64,000 nt of DNA from an uncultured Bacteroidales bacterium (GCA_900544535.1 UQVH01000001.1:682-64681); one strand, 5' to 3'. Counted from the stretch's first letter, positions 30,247-39,863 are shown. Notes: generated by a model not told the origin, from the letters alone. Numbers and translations are program-made.

Positions 30247-31038
30247 TCAGAGCAGTTCCTGCATCATTGTGTCGATGGTGAAAATGCCTTTGCGTCCGGC
30301 GATCCACTCGGCGCCCATCACGGCTCCGAGGGCAAAACCGTCGCGGCTCTTGGCGCGGTGGGTGATCTCGATGGTGTCGACCGGCGAATCCCACTCGATC
30401 GTGTGGGTTCCGGGCACCTCGCCCTCGCGCAGACTCAGCACGGGAAGAGTGTCGGGGGCCATCACGGGTTTCTCCAGTCCGGCGGCGATCTGAGCGGGAG
30501 TCAGGGAGCAGTTGCTCTCATCGACGCTGACCATCCCCTCGTCGGCCCAGGAATTGACGCGCTCGTTCTCGGCGATGATCCCTTCGGCAAGGGTGATGGC
30601 AGTGCCTGAGGGATGGTCGAGCTTGTGGACGTGGTGGGTCTCATACATGTGCGGCCTGTACTGCGGCAGATGGCTCATGAGACGGGCGAGCTTGCGGTTG
30701 ACGATGTTGAACACATTGACGCCGATGCTGAAATTGCTCGAAGCCAGCAGAGCGCCGCCAAGCTCGGTGACACGCTTCTCGACCTCGGCGCGACGTGCGG
30801 CCCAGCCGGTCGATCCGCAGATGACGGGCACACCTGCCGCCGCAGCGCGCATCACATTGTCGGGGGCGGTCGAGGGAGTCGTGAACTCTATGGCAGCGTC
30901 GGCCGAAGCGAAAGCCTCGCCGTCGATATCGGCATTGTTATCCACATCAATGATCGCGACAATCTCATGGCCGCGTTCACGGGCGATGCGCTCGATGGCG
31001 TGACCCATCTTCCCGTAACCTATAAGGGCAATTTTCAT
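30247..31038 (-). CDS. dapB: 4-hydroxy-tetrahydrodipicolinate reductase
   Basis: Start at MKIALIGYGKMG (NAD-binding GxGxxG). The upstream extension of the six-frame ORF is unlikely. A -7 box (minus) at ~31110-31120. Confidence 0.9.
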   Translation of the reverse strand: MKIALIGYGKMGHAIERIARERGHEIVAIIDVDNNADIDGEAFASADAAIEFTTPSTAPDNVMRAAAAGVPVICGSTGWAARRAEVEKRVTELGGALLASSNFSIGVNVFNIVNRKLARLMSHLPQYRPHMYETHHVHKLDHPSGTAITLAEGIIAENERVNSWADEGMVSVDESNCSLTPAQIAAGLEKPVMAPDTLPVLSLREGEVPGTHTIEWDSPVDTIEITHRAKSRDGFALGAVMGAEWIAGRKGIFTIDTMMQELL

Positions 31039-31230
31039 AATGATCCGTAGAGAGTAAAATATCTGATTCTGACGGCCGATCCGGCCAGTCCGGACCGCAC
31101 CGGATGCAAAATTACACAAAATCTCCAATTTCAGCAATTTTCTTGACCGCCGGTCAGGGATATGTTGCATAACATATTTTCTGTGAGCGTTTTTTCGTGC
31201 GAAACGTTGTGAATTTAAAAAATTATCCCC

Positions 31231-31238
31231 TATCTTTG
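31231..31238 (+). promoter_or_regulatory. -7 box TATCTTTG for the SPFH operon
   Basis: TAnnTTTG ~95 nt upstream of the ATG at 31332. Confidence 0.35.
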
Positions 31239-31331
31239 CGTCGGTAGTCGATTTGATACTGTATATCAGTGACTTTTACATTTCTGCAACACACCGCACA
31301 CACCACTCTGTAAACCACAAACCAATCACCT

Positions 31332-32669
31332 ATGGCCATAATCGATCTTGTCAGCTGGCAGCCCACAGGCAATATCACCACCTATGCCTGGCGCTTTCCG
31401 GAAACCAATCTCAGCACCTATACTCAGCTGATCGTTGCCGAATCGCAGGAAGCCGTCCTCTTCTCGAAAGGACAGCTCATGGGCAAATTCGGGCCCGGAA
31501 AACACACGCTCAACACCGAGAACCTTCCCGTGCTCCGCAGCCTTTTCGGTATTCCTTTCGGAGGAAAAAACCCGTTCACGGCCGAGATATGGTTTGTCAA
31601 CAAGGTCCAGGTGTTCAACATCGACTGGCATGCGGGCAACATAAAGAACCACGACGCCGAATACAATGCGATGGTGCCGATCTACGCCGCCGGACAGTAC
31701 GGCCTGCGCATCACCGACACCGAGAAATTTCTCATCAAGTTCGTGGGCCGCAAGGAGGTCTTCACCGAAAACGACATGACCGAGCAGGGCCGCGGCGAAT
31801 TCATGAGCAAGGTCAAATCGGCCCTCATCAGCTTCATGCGCCAGAACAACCTCGGCATCAAGAGCATCGCGGCCTATCAGGACCAGCTCTCGACCTATCT
31901 ACACGGACAGATGAAAGCCTTCTGGGAAGACCTCGGACTGGAGCTTACGAAATTCTACATCAACGAGATCGACATCGACGACACCACGCCCGAAGGCGAA
32001 CGCGCCCGCGAAGCCATAGCCCAGCAGAGCGCCATGTCCATCACCGGCCACACCTGGCAGCAGGAACAGATGTTCGACACCGCCAACAATGCCATCGGTT
32101 CCATGGCCGGAGGCTTCGGCACCGGGGGCGACGGCTCGCTCCTCGGCGGCATCATGGCCATCAACATGATGAACGGTATGATGGGCGGTGGCGGCCGCAA
32201 CGGCGGTGGCCAGATGGGCCAGAGCATGATGAACCCGCAGTTCGAACAGCCCAATTTCCGCCCCGCCGCGGCTCCCGACTTCGGCGCGCAGCACACACAG
32301 GCACCGCGCCACGAGGGATCAGGCCCCGACCAGTCAGTCAAGATGGTCTACTGCTCAAACTGCGGAAAGAAATATCCCAACACCTCGCGTTTCTGTCCCA
32401 ACTGCGGCAACGAATATCACCCCTGTCCGAAATGCGGCACCGACAACAATCCCCACGCCAAACGCTGCGTAAGCTGCGGCACCCAGCTCGGCGCGGGAAC
32501 CTCCGGCGGACAGACCTGCCCGGCGTGCAACGCGCCCTTAGTCCCCGGAAGTGCTTTCTGCGGCAACTGCGGCCAGCGCATAGCCTCGTCGGACAACTGT
32601 CTGCGCTGCGGCGCTCCTCTGCCGCCCAACGTGAAATTCTGTCCCAAGTGCGGCAACCGGCGCTCGTGA
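31332..32669 (+). CDS. SPFH/Band-7 (COG4260, YdjI-like) domain protein fused to a Gly/Met-rich linker and four C-terminal zinc ribbons
   Basis: The N-terminal ~260 aa look like the virion-core-protein-like SPFH family (Band_7_1). C-terminal CSNCGKKYPNTSRFCPNCG, CPKCG...CVSCG, CPACN...CGNCG and CLRCG...CPKCG give 8 CxxC pairs (4 ribbons). Confidence 0.7.
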   Translation: MAIIDLVSWQPTGNITTYAWRFPETNLSTYTQLIVAESQEAVLFSKGQLMGKFGPGKHTLNTENLPVLRSLFGIPFGGKNPFTAEIWFVNKVQVFNIDWHAGNIKNHDAEYNAMVPIYAAGQYGLRITDTEKFLIKFVGRKEVFTENDMTEQGRGEFMSKVKSALISFMRQNNLGIKSIAAYQDQLSTYLHGQMKAFWEDLGLELTKFYINEIDIDDTTPEGERAREAIAQQSAMSITGHTWQQEQMFDTANNAIGSMAGGFGTGGDGSLLGGIMAINMMNGMMGGGGRNGGGQMGQSMMNPQFEQPNFRPAAAPDFGAQHTQAPRHEGSGPDQSVKMVYCSNCGKKYPNTSRFCPNCGNEYHPCPKCGTDNNPHAKRCVSCGTQLGAGTSGGQTCPACNAPLVPGSAFCGNCGQRIASSDNCLRCGAPLPPNVKFCPKCGNRRS

Positions 32670-32719
32670 CACCCACTCTCACCTCTTACTCCTCACAACC
32701 TAACCGTTGACTCTGCCTT

Positions 32720-33427
32720 ATGAAAAACTGGAATCTTCTTACCTGGATCTTGTTCATTGTCGGCGAAGCTCTCGTCATAGCCGGATTCTGCCTCTTCGGA
32801 CGCGGACTGCCCGACAATGTCTATTATCTCGACCTCACGGTCTCGACAGTGGTCTACATACTGCTGTTTCTCAACTTCGGGCGCCCGATGGTCAGCCTCA
32901 GCGACGAGAGCGGCAAAGATGTCGGCTCGCTCGGCATCAACTGGACCTTCTCGACGGCCTACGCCTTTCTGTCCGTGGCATGCATGATCGCACTTCCCTA
33001 CTGGGAACTCGGCTTTAAATACCAGTTCATCGCCCAGGCCGTATTGCTGTTCTTTCTGATCATGGGCATGGTTTTCGGACGTGAATCCGCTGACAAGGTC
33101 GGCGAGGTCTACCGCCGGGAGCAGGCCATGACCGGAGGACTCGACGCAGTGCGCCGTCAGATGCGCCGCCTCAACGACACTCTGGCCGTAAGCCGCGACA
33201 TCTCTCCCGACGTGCGCGGGCGCCTCGACCGTATCGGCGAATCGCTGCGCTATCTTGCTCCGTCCGACAATCCGGAAGCCGCGGAACTTGAAAAGGATAT
33301 GGCGGCAGCCATCGCCGACATTGACCGCGCGCTCCCCGACGCAGCACTCAACCGCGATCTGATCGACCGGCGCCTCACCGCCCTCGAACGCTACTGCGAA
33401 AACCGCCGCAACATCTACTCCCGATAA
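32720..33427 (+). CDS. Membrane protein (about 4 TM helices plus a cytoplasmic helical domain), possibly YdjH-like
   Basis: Hydrophobic N-terminal half and an Arg-rich helical C-terminal half. Sits between the SPFH gene and the coiled-coil genes. Confidence 0.45.
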   Translation: MKNWNLLTWILFIVGEALVIAGFCLFGRGLPDNVYYLDLTVSTVVYILLFLNFGRPMVSLSDESGKDVGSLGINWTFSTAYAFLSVACMIALPYWELGFKYQFIAQAVLLFFLIMGMVFGRESADKVGEVYRREQAMTGGLDAVRRQMRRLNDTLAVSRDISPDVRGRLDRIGESLRYLAPSDNPEAAELEKDMAAAIADIDRALPDAALNRDLIDRRLTALERYCENRRNIYSR

Positions 33428-33548
33428 AACCCGACACCCCGACGGCCGACGCCCCGAACCGATAGCGCCGGCCACTGATCCCACACCCTGACAATACCTT
33501 AAAAAACAACCGACTTTAATCCCCCTAAAAACCTATCAGACAAATCCT

Positions 33549-35750
33549 ATGAGTGGAAAAATCTTTCCCAGCTCAAGCAACATCTATCAGGATGAAGCTA
33601 AGATCTTGTTCAACTACTACAAGATGGCCGCAGAAAAAATCGTGAGCGAGGAGGAACGCATCGAGAGCGAGATCTCCGACCTGGAATCGCAACGCTCCGG
33701 CTATGAAGAACAGCTGTCGAAAGCCTGGTACTGGCTGCTGACAATCATTCTCTTCTTCATGTACTTCATCAAGAAGAAAGAATTTACTGAAAAGATCGAA
33801 GAAGTTGACGCAGAGATCAGCCGCAAGCGCAAGGAACACGCCGACATCTTCCGCGACTACAAGATCAGCCGCATGGGCGTGGCCTACGTCCCCGTGGCCG
33901 ATCAGGTGAAATATGACGACAAGAGCTTCATCGTCGACTTCACCGGCGAAGTCCCCGACAGCGAGGTGACTCTCCAGCTCCCCCGTCAGAACGAACTCCT
34001 CGTGGAGACCATCGGCAAAATCGAGAAACTCTCCACCGAAGCCCCGCTCGTCGAAACCTCGGAAGACACCGAGTCGATCGAGACCGACGACTACTCGACA
34101 TCCATACAGACAATCAACGAGCACGACTATCTCGGCGCCCTCGAACGCTCGTTGCGCACAGTCTCCTACTGCATGGAGGACATCGACACCGTCTCGGTGG
34201 CCCTTCCGCTCGTGCAGCGCGGCAGCCGCTATCTCGACTTCATCGAGGAATACTCCACCCGCACGGTACCCGAAGGCGCCCCGGTCATCAATGTGTTCGA
34301 CTCAGAGCGTTACGCCGAACGCATCAACCGCTTCCGCGAACTCAACAAACTGAAAGACTCGCTTTCGACCAAGACCCAGCAGTTCGAGGACGTCATCAAA
34401 TCGCTGATGAGCACAATGGCCGCCTCCGTGCAGGCCATCTCCGCACTGAAGATCGCGTCGGTCGACAAGGTGGTCTTCGAATCGAACCGCCTGCTCTACA
34501 ACATCCTGAAAGCACCCTACAACCACTACTCTCCCCTGCTCGAATACGACGAGATCCAGCGCATACGCAACGAGCGCTTCGATTACAGCCAGGACGTGCA
34601 GGACTACGAGCCTTTCAACCTGCGTCCCAGCTCGCGCGTGAGATTCAACCTCGTCACCGGCATGTGGACCGCCGAGGACGGCAACGTCACTTCAATGCCT
34701 TTCGGCATCCATCAGATCTACGAGGAGATCATGTCGCCCGTGGTCCAGAGCCTCATGGAAGAGAACCGCATCGAACGCCTGCGCATCTACAACCACATCA
34801 AGGACCAAAAGATCTCCTACCTCAACAAATGGCATCAGGACACCGACGCATTCTATCGCGCCAACCGTGCCGAAGGAGCCGACATCATCAATCTCATGCA
34901 GGAAAGCCTGCGTGAATACGTCGCCGCCTACAACACCCTAATCTCCCTCAGGAAAACCGAGGACTCGATGGCACAGAGCGGCGAGAATCTCGACGCCACA
35001 GTTGTCAATACCGTCGACAACACCGAAGAATCGATCGCCGCGTTCGAACTTCAGTCGCAGGAATTCCAGAAAGTACAGCAGGAGTTCGAGGAATATATGG
35101 ACCGCCTGAAAGAGGACATCGACCGCCGCGCCGAGGAGTTCGGCCATGTCGAATATTACGATGCCAAACTCCGCGACGGCCATTCCAACGAAGCCGCCGT
35201 GGCCGCAGGTGAGGTCCACGACCTCGACGAGCGCCGCCAGCCTCTCGCTGCCATCAACCCGCTCTTCGCCAAATCATCGCAGCTGCCCCCGCAGCCGAAG
35301 GTGGAGGACATCACTTTCGAGCACATTGCGCTCAATCTTCCGGCCATCTCCCGCGAGGCTCTGGCTTCGCTCGTTGAAATGGAAGAAAATCTCACAGCCG
35401 AAACTGAGGCAGCCGCCCGTCAGACTCCGCCGGCCGTACATGTCGCCGAGGAAGAAGAATCCGATGAAGAGGAACTCGATGACGAAGAACTCGACAACGA
35501 GGAACTCGACGAAGAGGAAGAACTCGACAACGAAGAGCTTGACGACGAAGAGCTTGACGAGGACGACGAGGAATACGATGAGGAGGAAGAGGACGAGATC
35601 GATGTTGTCGGCGATGACGAAGAGATCGGCGAATTTGACGCCGAAATCGGAGTCTTCGGCGAAGATGACGACAAGCCCTCAGGCGCCTGCCCCCCGCCAC
35701 TCCCTCCCGATGCCGACAAAGGCAATAACCAGTCTGATAACCAACCTTAA
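33549..35750 (+). CDS. Single-pass membrane coiled-coil protein (733 aa) with a polyacidic EELD-repeat C-terminal tail
   Basis: TM segment AWYWLLTIILFFMYFI near aa 60. Long helical regions. C-terminus EEEESDEEELDDEELDNEELDEEEELDNEELDDEELDEDDEEYDEEEEDEIDVVGDDEE. Confidence 0.5.
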   Translation: MSGKIFPSSSNIYQDEAKILFNYYKMAAEKIVSEEERIESEISDLESQRSGYEEQLSKAWYWLLTIILFFMYFIKKKEFTEKIEEVDAEISRKRKEHADIFRDYKISRMGVAYVPVADQVKYDDKSFIVDFTGEVPDSEVTLQLPRQNELLVETIGKIEKLSTEAPLVETSEDTESIETDDYSTSIQTINEHDYLGALERSLRTVSYCMEDIDTVSVALPLVQRGSRYLDFIEEYSTRTVPEGAPVINVFDSERYAERINRFRELNKLKDSLSTKTQQFEDVIKSLMSTMAASVQAISALKIASVDKVVFESNRLLYNILKAPYNHYSPLLEYDEIQRIRNERFDYSQDVQDYEPFNLRPSSRVRFNLVTGMWTAEDGNVTSMPFGIHQIYEEIMSPVVQSLMEENRIERLRIYNHIKDQKISYLNKWHQDTDAFYRANRAEGADIINLMQESLREYVAAYNTLISLRKTEDSMAQSGENLDATVVNTVDNTEESIAAFELQSQEFQKVQQEFEEYMDRLKEDIDRRAEEFGHVEYYDAKLRDGHSNEAAVAAGEVHDLDERRQPLAAINPLFAKSSQLPPQPKVEDITFEHIALNLPAISREALASLVEMEENLTAETEAAARQTPPAVHVAEEEESDEEELDDEELDNEELDEEEELDNEELDDEELDEDDEEYDEEEEDEIDVVGDDEEIGEFDAEIGVFGEDDDKPSGACPPPLPPDADKGNNQSDNQP

Positions 35751-35762
35751 AACTCCCCGACC

Positions 35763-36686
35763 ATGAAAAGTTTCGACTGTGTCATAGACACCCAACCGAT
35801 GGCCAGGGAGCTGGACCGCGTTTCGCAGCACGTCAACGGGACAACCACGGCGGTTGTCGGCATGAAAGTGGCCGTGCTCAAAGCCGAGGCGGACGCCGCC
35901 GACAATGTCTGCCGCAACGTCAACCGCGGATTCTATTCGCTCATCCACTCGCAGATCTCGCAGAAGATAGCCAAGTGGAAAAGCGAAGTGGACTCTCTGC
36001 TGCTTCAGCTCAACCAGCAGCGCCGCCAGATCAACAACATAAAGGGGCAGATGGAGCGCGACTACGGCTCGATCACCGCCCGCTATACCAAACTGTTCAC
36101 CTCGCTCAACCGCGCCCTCAGGCGCCGCGTCTACGAGCTTGACAAACCCGCTTTCAAGTTTGCCGTCACCGAGATCGACACCCTCTCCAACCGCACCCTT
36201 CAGCTCTCGGCCACCGTGCCTGTCTCCCAGAACGAGTCGCTGCTGACGTCGCAAAAAATCATGGCCTCCAACCTGAAATACCGCGGCAGCCGTGTGATCT
36301 CGCTGATGAAGGATTTTCTCACCGACCTCAACCGCCAGAAGGCAATGACGGGCCGTGTGCTGCTCGACAAGGGCATTTCCACCGGCCTTGAAAACCGGCT
36401 GATCCCCGTGATCGTCTGGGAGGGCTGCGGCGGACGTCTCGAAGGTGATCTTGAGCATTTCACCATGCCTGAGACCTGCCTTTCGGACCGTACACGCAAC
36501 GCCATCACCAACCACATCGCCACATCCAACGTGCAGTTCCCCTGGACGGATGCCGCCGACCCCGACAAGCGCGTGGCCGACGGCTTCAAGGCCATGCTCG
36601 GCGATTTCGAGGCCACCGACCGCATCAAGGAGACGATGGGGCGCCTTTTCGAAGCTAACCGGATTCAAACCTTCAACGCCCGATAG
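35763..36686 (+). CDS. Hypothetical coiled-coil protein (307 aa), paralog 1
   Basis: Shares RQ(I/M)...DYG...ARYTK(L/I)FT.LN..L..RV(Y/F)ELDK.(A/V)F with the next gene. 13-nt gap from the upstream gene. Confidence 0.5.
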   Translation: MKSFDCVIDTQPMARELDRVSQHVNGTTTAVVGMKVAVLKAEADAADNVCRNVNRGFYSLIHSQISQKIAKWKSEVDSLLLQLNQQRRQINNIKGQMERDYGSITARYTKLFTSLNRALRRRVYELDKPAFKFAVTEIDTLSNRTLQLSATVPVSQNESLLTSQKIMASNLKYRGSRVISLMKDFLTDLNRQKAMTGRVLLDKGISTGLENRLIPVIVWEGCGGRLEGDLEHFTMPETCLSDRTRNAITNHIATSNVQFPWTDAADPDKRVADGFKAMLGDFEATDRIKETMGRLFEANRIQTFNAR

Positions 36687-36689
36687 CCT

Positions 36690-37700
36690 ATGAGTTACAG
36701 CAGATCAATCACGGTAGACATCGCGATCCCCTACTCCGGCTCCGTGAGCAACAAGGCGGGCACCATGTACTATTCGGGCACGGCCCGCGAGACGGTGCGC
36801 TTCAATGTCGAGGTCGACACGAGAGCCTTCGACAGCTCGGTCGACAGCTGCACGCACCACGTCAACGCCCTGACCGAATCGGTCGTGGCAACCGAAGTGG
36901 CCCAGGTAGCTTCGATCCATAAAAACGCCGACACTGTCGGGCAGACCATCATCTCAGGCTTCTTCAAGACCGTCCGCTCGGAACTCAGCCAGCAGATGAT
37001 GCAGCTCAAAAGTTCCATCGACGCCACCCTGCTCCATCTCAACCAGCTGTCGAAACGCTGTCTCGACAAGCGCCGCCAGATGGAGACCGACTACGGGCGC
37101 GTGGCCGAACGCTACACCAAGATCTTCACCGAGCTTAACAAGGAGCTTGAAAACCGCGTGTTCGAGCTGGACAAGGCCGTGTTCCACATCGAGGATGAGT
37201 GCCGCGACTGCTCCGAACGCTCCGTCAGTTCCGGTCTTGCGGGCGACGCCGCCGTGGCCTCGGCCGAAAACAGCCGCCTCCAGGCCATTCTCGGCGCCAC
37301 GCTTGCCAAACGCCGCGCCCTCGACACGCTCCGCCGCGCCCGCACCTTTCTGGAGCGCCAGGTGGCCACCAAGACGCTGATCAACAACAGTCTCCGCGAC
37401 TCCGGCGAGGCATCGTCGATCTATGTGCCCCTCTGCGTCGTATGCTCCGAGGGCGCAGGCGGCAAGATATCCGCCGAGGTTTATCAGAACCCGCAGATGC
37501 CCACCGACGACAACCGCGACATCATCGCCTTCATGGACGCCCGCCGGTGGCACCCTATGCCTGAGAGCGAGATGAACATCATCAGAAAGTTCTACGCCCA
37601 TCAGGTCAGCGGCGCAATCACCACTGACAGTCCCCACGACAGCCGCGTCCGCGCTTATCTCAACAAATTTATCAACGAAAACACTATTTCCTGTGTCTGA
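36690..37700 (+). CDS. Hypothetical coiled-coil protein (336 aa), paralog 2
   Basis: See paralog 1. 4-nt intergenic gap. Confidence 0.5.
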   Translation: MSYSRSITVDIAIPYSGSVSNKAGTMYYSGTARETVRFNVEVDTRAFDSSVDSCTHHVNALTESVVATEVAQVASIHKNADTVGQTIISGFFKTVRSELSQQMMQLKSSIDATLLHLNQLSKRCLDKRRQMETDYGRVAERYTKIFTELNKELENRVFELDKAVFHIEDECRDCSERSVSSGLAGDAAVASAENSRLQAILGATLAKRRALDTLRRARTFLERQVATKTLINNSLRDSGEASSIYVPLCVVCSEGAGGKISAEVYQNPQMPTDDNRDIIAFMDARRWHPMPESEMNIIRKFYAHQVSGAITTDSPHDSRVRAYLNKFINENTISCV

Positions 37701-37706
37701 ACCATC

Positions 37707-38675
37707 ATGAAAGAATTAACCGAAATCCGTGTCAACGGAACTGACATACATCTTCAGGACAACCTCGTGCGCAGCTCGATCCTGCCTGAAAAAACCGCGG
37801 AACTCAGCCGCAACATCATCTTCAAAGGCAACACCATTGTCGAAGGTCCCGTCTTCGGCAACCGCATCGAAGTGCGGCAGGGTCCGCTCGAAATCCAGGG
37901 AGCGGCCTTCACGCAGAACGAGCTTTATGTGGCCGGAGACGCCGAAGGCGAGATCACCTTCAAAAAATGTGTAGGCTCGGCCAACTCCATCGTCTCGCGC
38001 GGCGACAAGGCCCGGCTGATGTTTCTCGCCGACATCAACGCCAAGAGCGTGGCGCTGACCAACGCCTTTGTGGCCGGCAGCATCTATGCCGACGACATCA
38101 CGCTGGAAAACTGTGTGGTGATCGGCGGTGTCTTCGCCACGCAGGACGCCGACATCCGCAATTCGATGGTCGGCACCTTCAACGCTCCCTCCGTGCGCCT
38201 CTCAGGCATAAACTACCTGCTGTTGCCGAGCGCCTTCTCAGTCGAACCGGTAAGCGCCACCCCCGCCACCATGCTGTTCAATCTCAGCCTCGCCGACCTC
38301 GGCGCCCTCTACAAGCAGCTGCCCCAGGCCGAAGATTCGGGCAAGATCCTCATCGACCTCACAGTCGACGAGCTTCTCTCGACCCTCGCCAACGAGGAAG
38401 TCACCAAAGTGCTCCGCAGCTACACGGTGATCGGCAAGGTCCTTGCCGCCGACCTGGTCAATACCGACAAGTTCCAGAACCACTTCCTTCTGACCGCCGC
38501 CGCCCTCGGCCCGCAGCTGTTGAAATCGTATGACCTCGGCACCGGCCGCGACGGCAAACCCGCAGTGCTCACCGTCGAGAAGATCCGCGACTTCCTCTTC
38601 GACATCCTCCACGGCAAAATCGAAGTGCGCACCATGTCCGGCTCGTTCAACATCTCCGACATCACCGGCAGATAA
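37707..38675 (+). CDS. Beta-helix repeat protein (bactofilin/Toastrack-like)
   Basis: N-terminal 200 aa show ~18-20-residue repeats with alternating hydrophobics and Gly/Asn/Asp turns (NIIFKGNTIVEGPVFGNRIEVRQGPLEIQGAAF...VAGSIYADDITLENCVVIGGVFATQDADIRNSMVGTF). Confidence 0.45.
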   Translation: MKELTEIRVNGTDIHLQDNLVRSSILPEKTAELSRNIIFKGNTIVEGPVFGNRIEVRQGPLEIQGAAFTQNELYVAGDAEGEITFKKCVGSANSIVSRGDKARLMFLADINAKSVALTNAFVAGSIYADDITLENCVVIGGVFATQDADIRNSMVGTFNAPSVRLSGINYLLLPSAFSVEPVSATPATMLFNLSLADLGALYKQLPQAEDSGKILIDLTVDELLSTLANEEVTKVLRSYTVIGKVLAADLVNTDKFQNHFLLTAAALGPQLLKSYDLGTGRDGKPAVLTVEKIRDFLFDILHGKIEVRTMSGSFNISDITGR

Positions 38676-38923
38676 TCACTGCAAAACCACCGGATAATCA
38701 CCCCAAAACGCTCTCCGCCACCTTTATTTTTTATTGGAAGATGTTGCAAAACCGGTTACATACCTGGCCCTTGCGACATCACCTGATCTCAATCTCTGAT
38801 AGTAACACAATTATAATTTTCCAGATATATAAAATAGACTTCCTCATCTAAGACGGAGAGACGAAAGAGAGAGACAGACGCCCCAAAGCCTCTGTCTCTC
38901 TTGCTTTTCACAACTTCTTAGAG

Positions 38924-39616
38924 TTATATCTGCAATTTTCTTGTTAGGTAATTATTATTTATTCTTAGCCTTAAAACACATATACCTTTAGGTAACATAT
39001 ATTTATCTATTGTTATCCGAGGCTCGGTGTGCTTTGTCGAATAAACCAATTGCCCTTGCATGTTATAAATTTCAACATTTGCCAACTTTTCCGAGGGATT
39101 ATCTATAATAACCGACACATCCGTAACAGTTATTTCAAAATCATCGCAGACGGATTCTATTTTGCTTTGGCCTAACAAGAGTTCCTTGTCTGCCTCCAAG
39201 ACATAATCATTGGAACATACCGGTATAAACCGAGCTAATAACTCGTTTCTCAATGAATCCTTATAACAGTCAAATCTAAAATATGTGCCCCACGAAACAT
39301 CCACATATTCAGTCTCAATTATTTCATTATCTATTTTTAAATCACGCGCAGATACATATTTTATTGATTCTATATCATTTTGATAGGGACGAGATTTTAA
39401 AATTACGATCCTTTGGGCTCCCTTAATAGAAAATTTCATTTTTAAGCGGCCCTCAATAGAGTATATTTTACCAGGTATAATATCCTCATTATTATAGTTA
39501 TAATCAACCTCCAGCATCTCAAAATCAAAACCATCCGGAAAGTGTTGATTTTGTCCATAAATATTGAGGATGCTACACAAAACAGACAGTATTGATACTA
39601 TTGCACGACCGACCAT
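38924..39616 (-). CDS. Small secreted protein with a T9SS C-terminal sorting domain, in an AT-rich islet
   Basis: Signal peptide. C-terminus VEIYNMQGQLVYSTKHTEPRITIDKYMLPKGICVLRLRINNNYLTRKLQI matches the T9SS CTD pattern. GC is much lower than in the flanks. Confidence 0.5.
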   Translation of the reverse strand: MVGRAIVSILSVLCSILNIYGQNQHFPDGFDFEMLEVDYNYNNEDIIPGKIYSIEGRLKMKFSIKGAQRIVILKSRPYQNDIESIKYVSARDLKIDNEIIETEYVDVSWGTYFRFDCYKDSLRNELLARFIPVCSNDYVLEADKELLLGQSKIESVCDDFEITVTDVSVIIDNPSEKLANVEIYNMQGQLVYSTKHTEPRITIDKYMLPKGICVLRLRINNNYLTRKLQI

Positions 39617-39863
39617 ATAATAATCTTCTTTATTTTTACTGAATTATTTACATCCGTTATTTAATAATAACAACGCGGTTTCATACGATTTTATTAGCAT
39701 TTTCGCAAATATAATGACTATTATCAACATATTTACCCTCTATTCTTATAATTATATATCAATTACTACAAATATTAATAAAATACTCCATAAATATTCA
39801 CGTCAATAACTGTCTTCTGAGGATTGAGTCCAAATTTTATTTCGCGGGAGGGAGAATTTGTGT

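Noticed and set aside
31039-31170. 44-codon N-terminal extension of dapB
   Set aside because: DapB families begin at the MKIALIGYGKMG Rossmann motif. The extension is not conserved-looking and would include the promoter region.
35679-36668. 329-aa minus-strand ORF antisense to the paralog-1 coiled-coil gene (also 36954..37637 and 34938..35219)
   Set aside because: Antisense to a tightly packed, co-directional operon with a consistent intergenic spacing pattern. Low-complexity Gly/Val/Ala-rich products.
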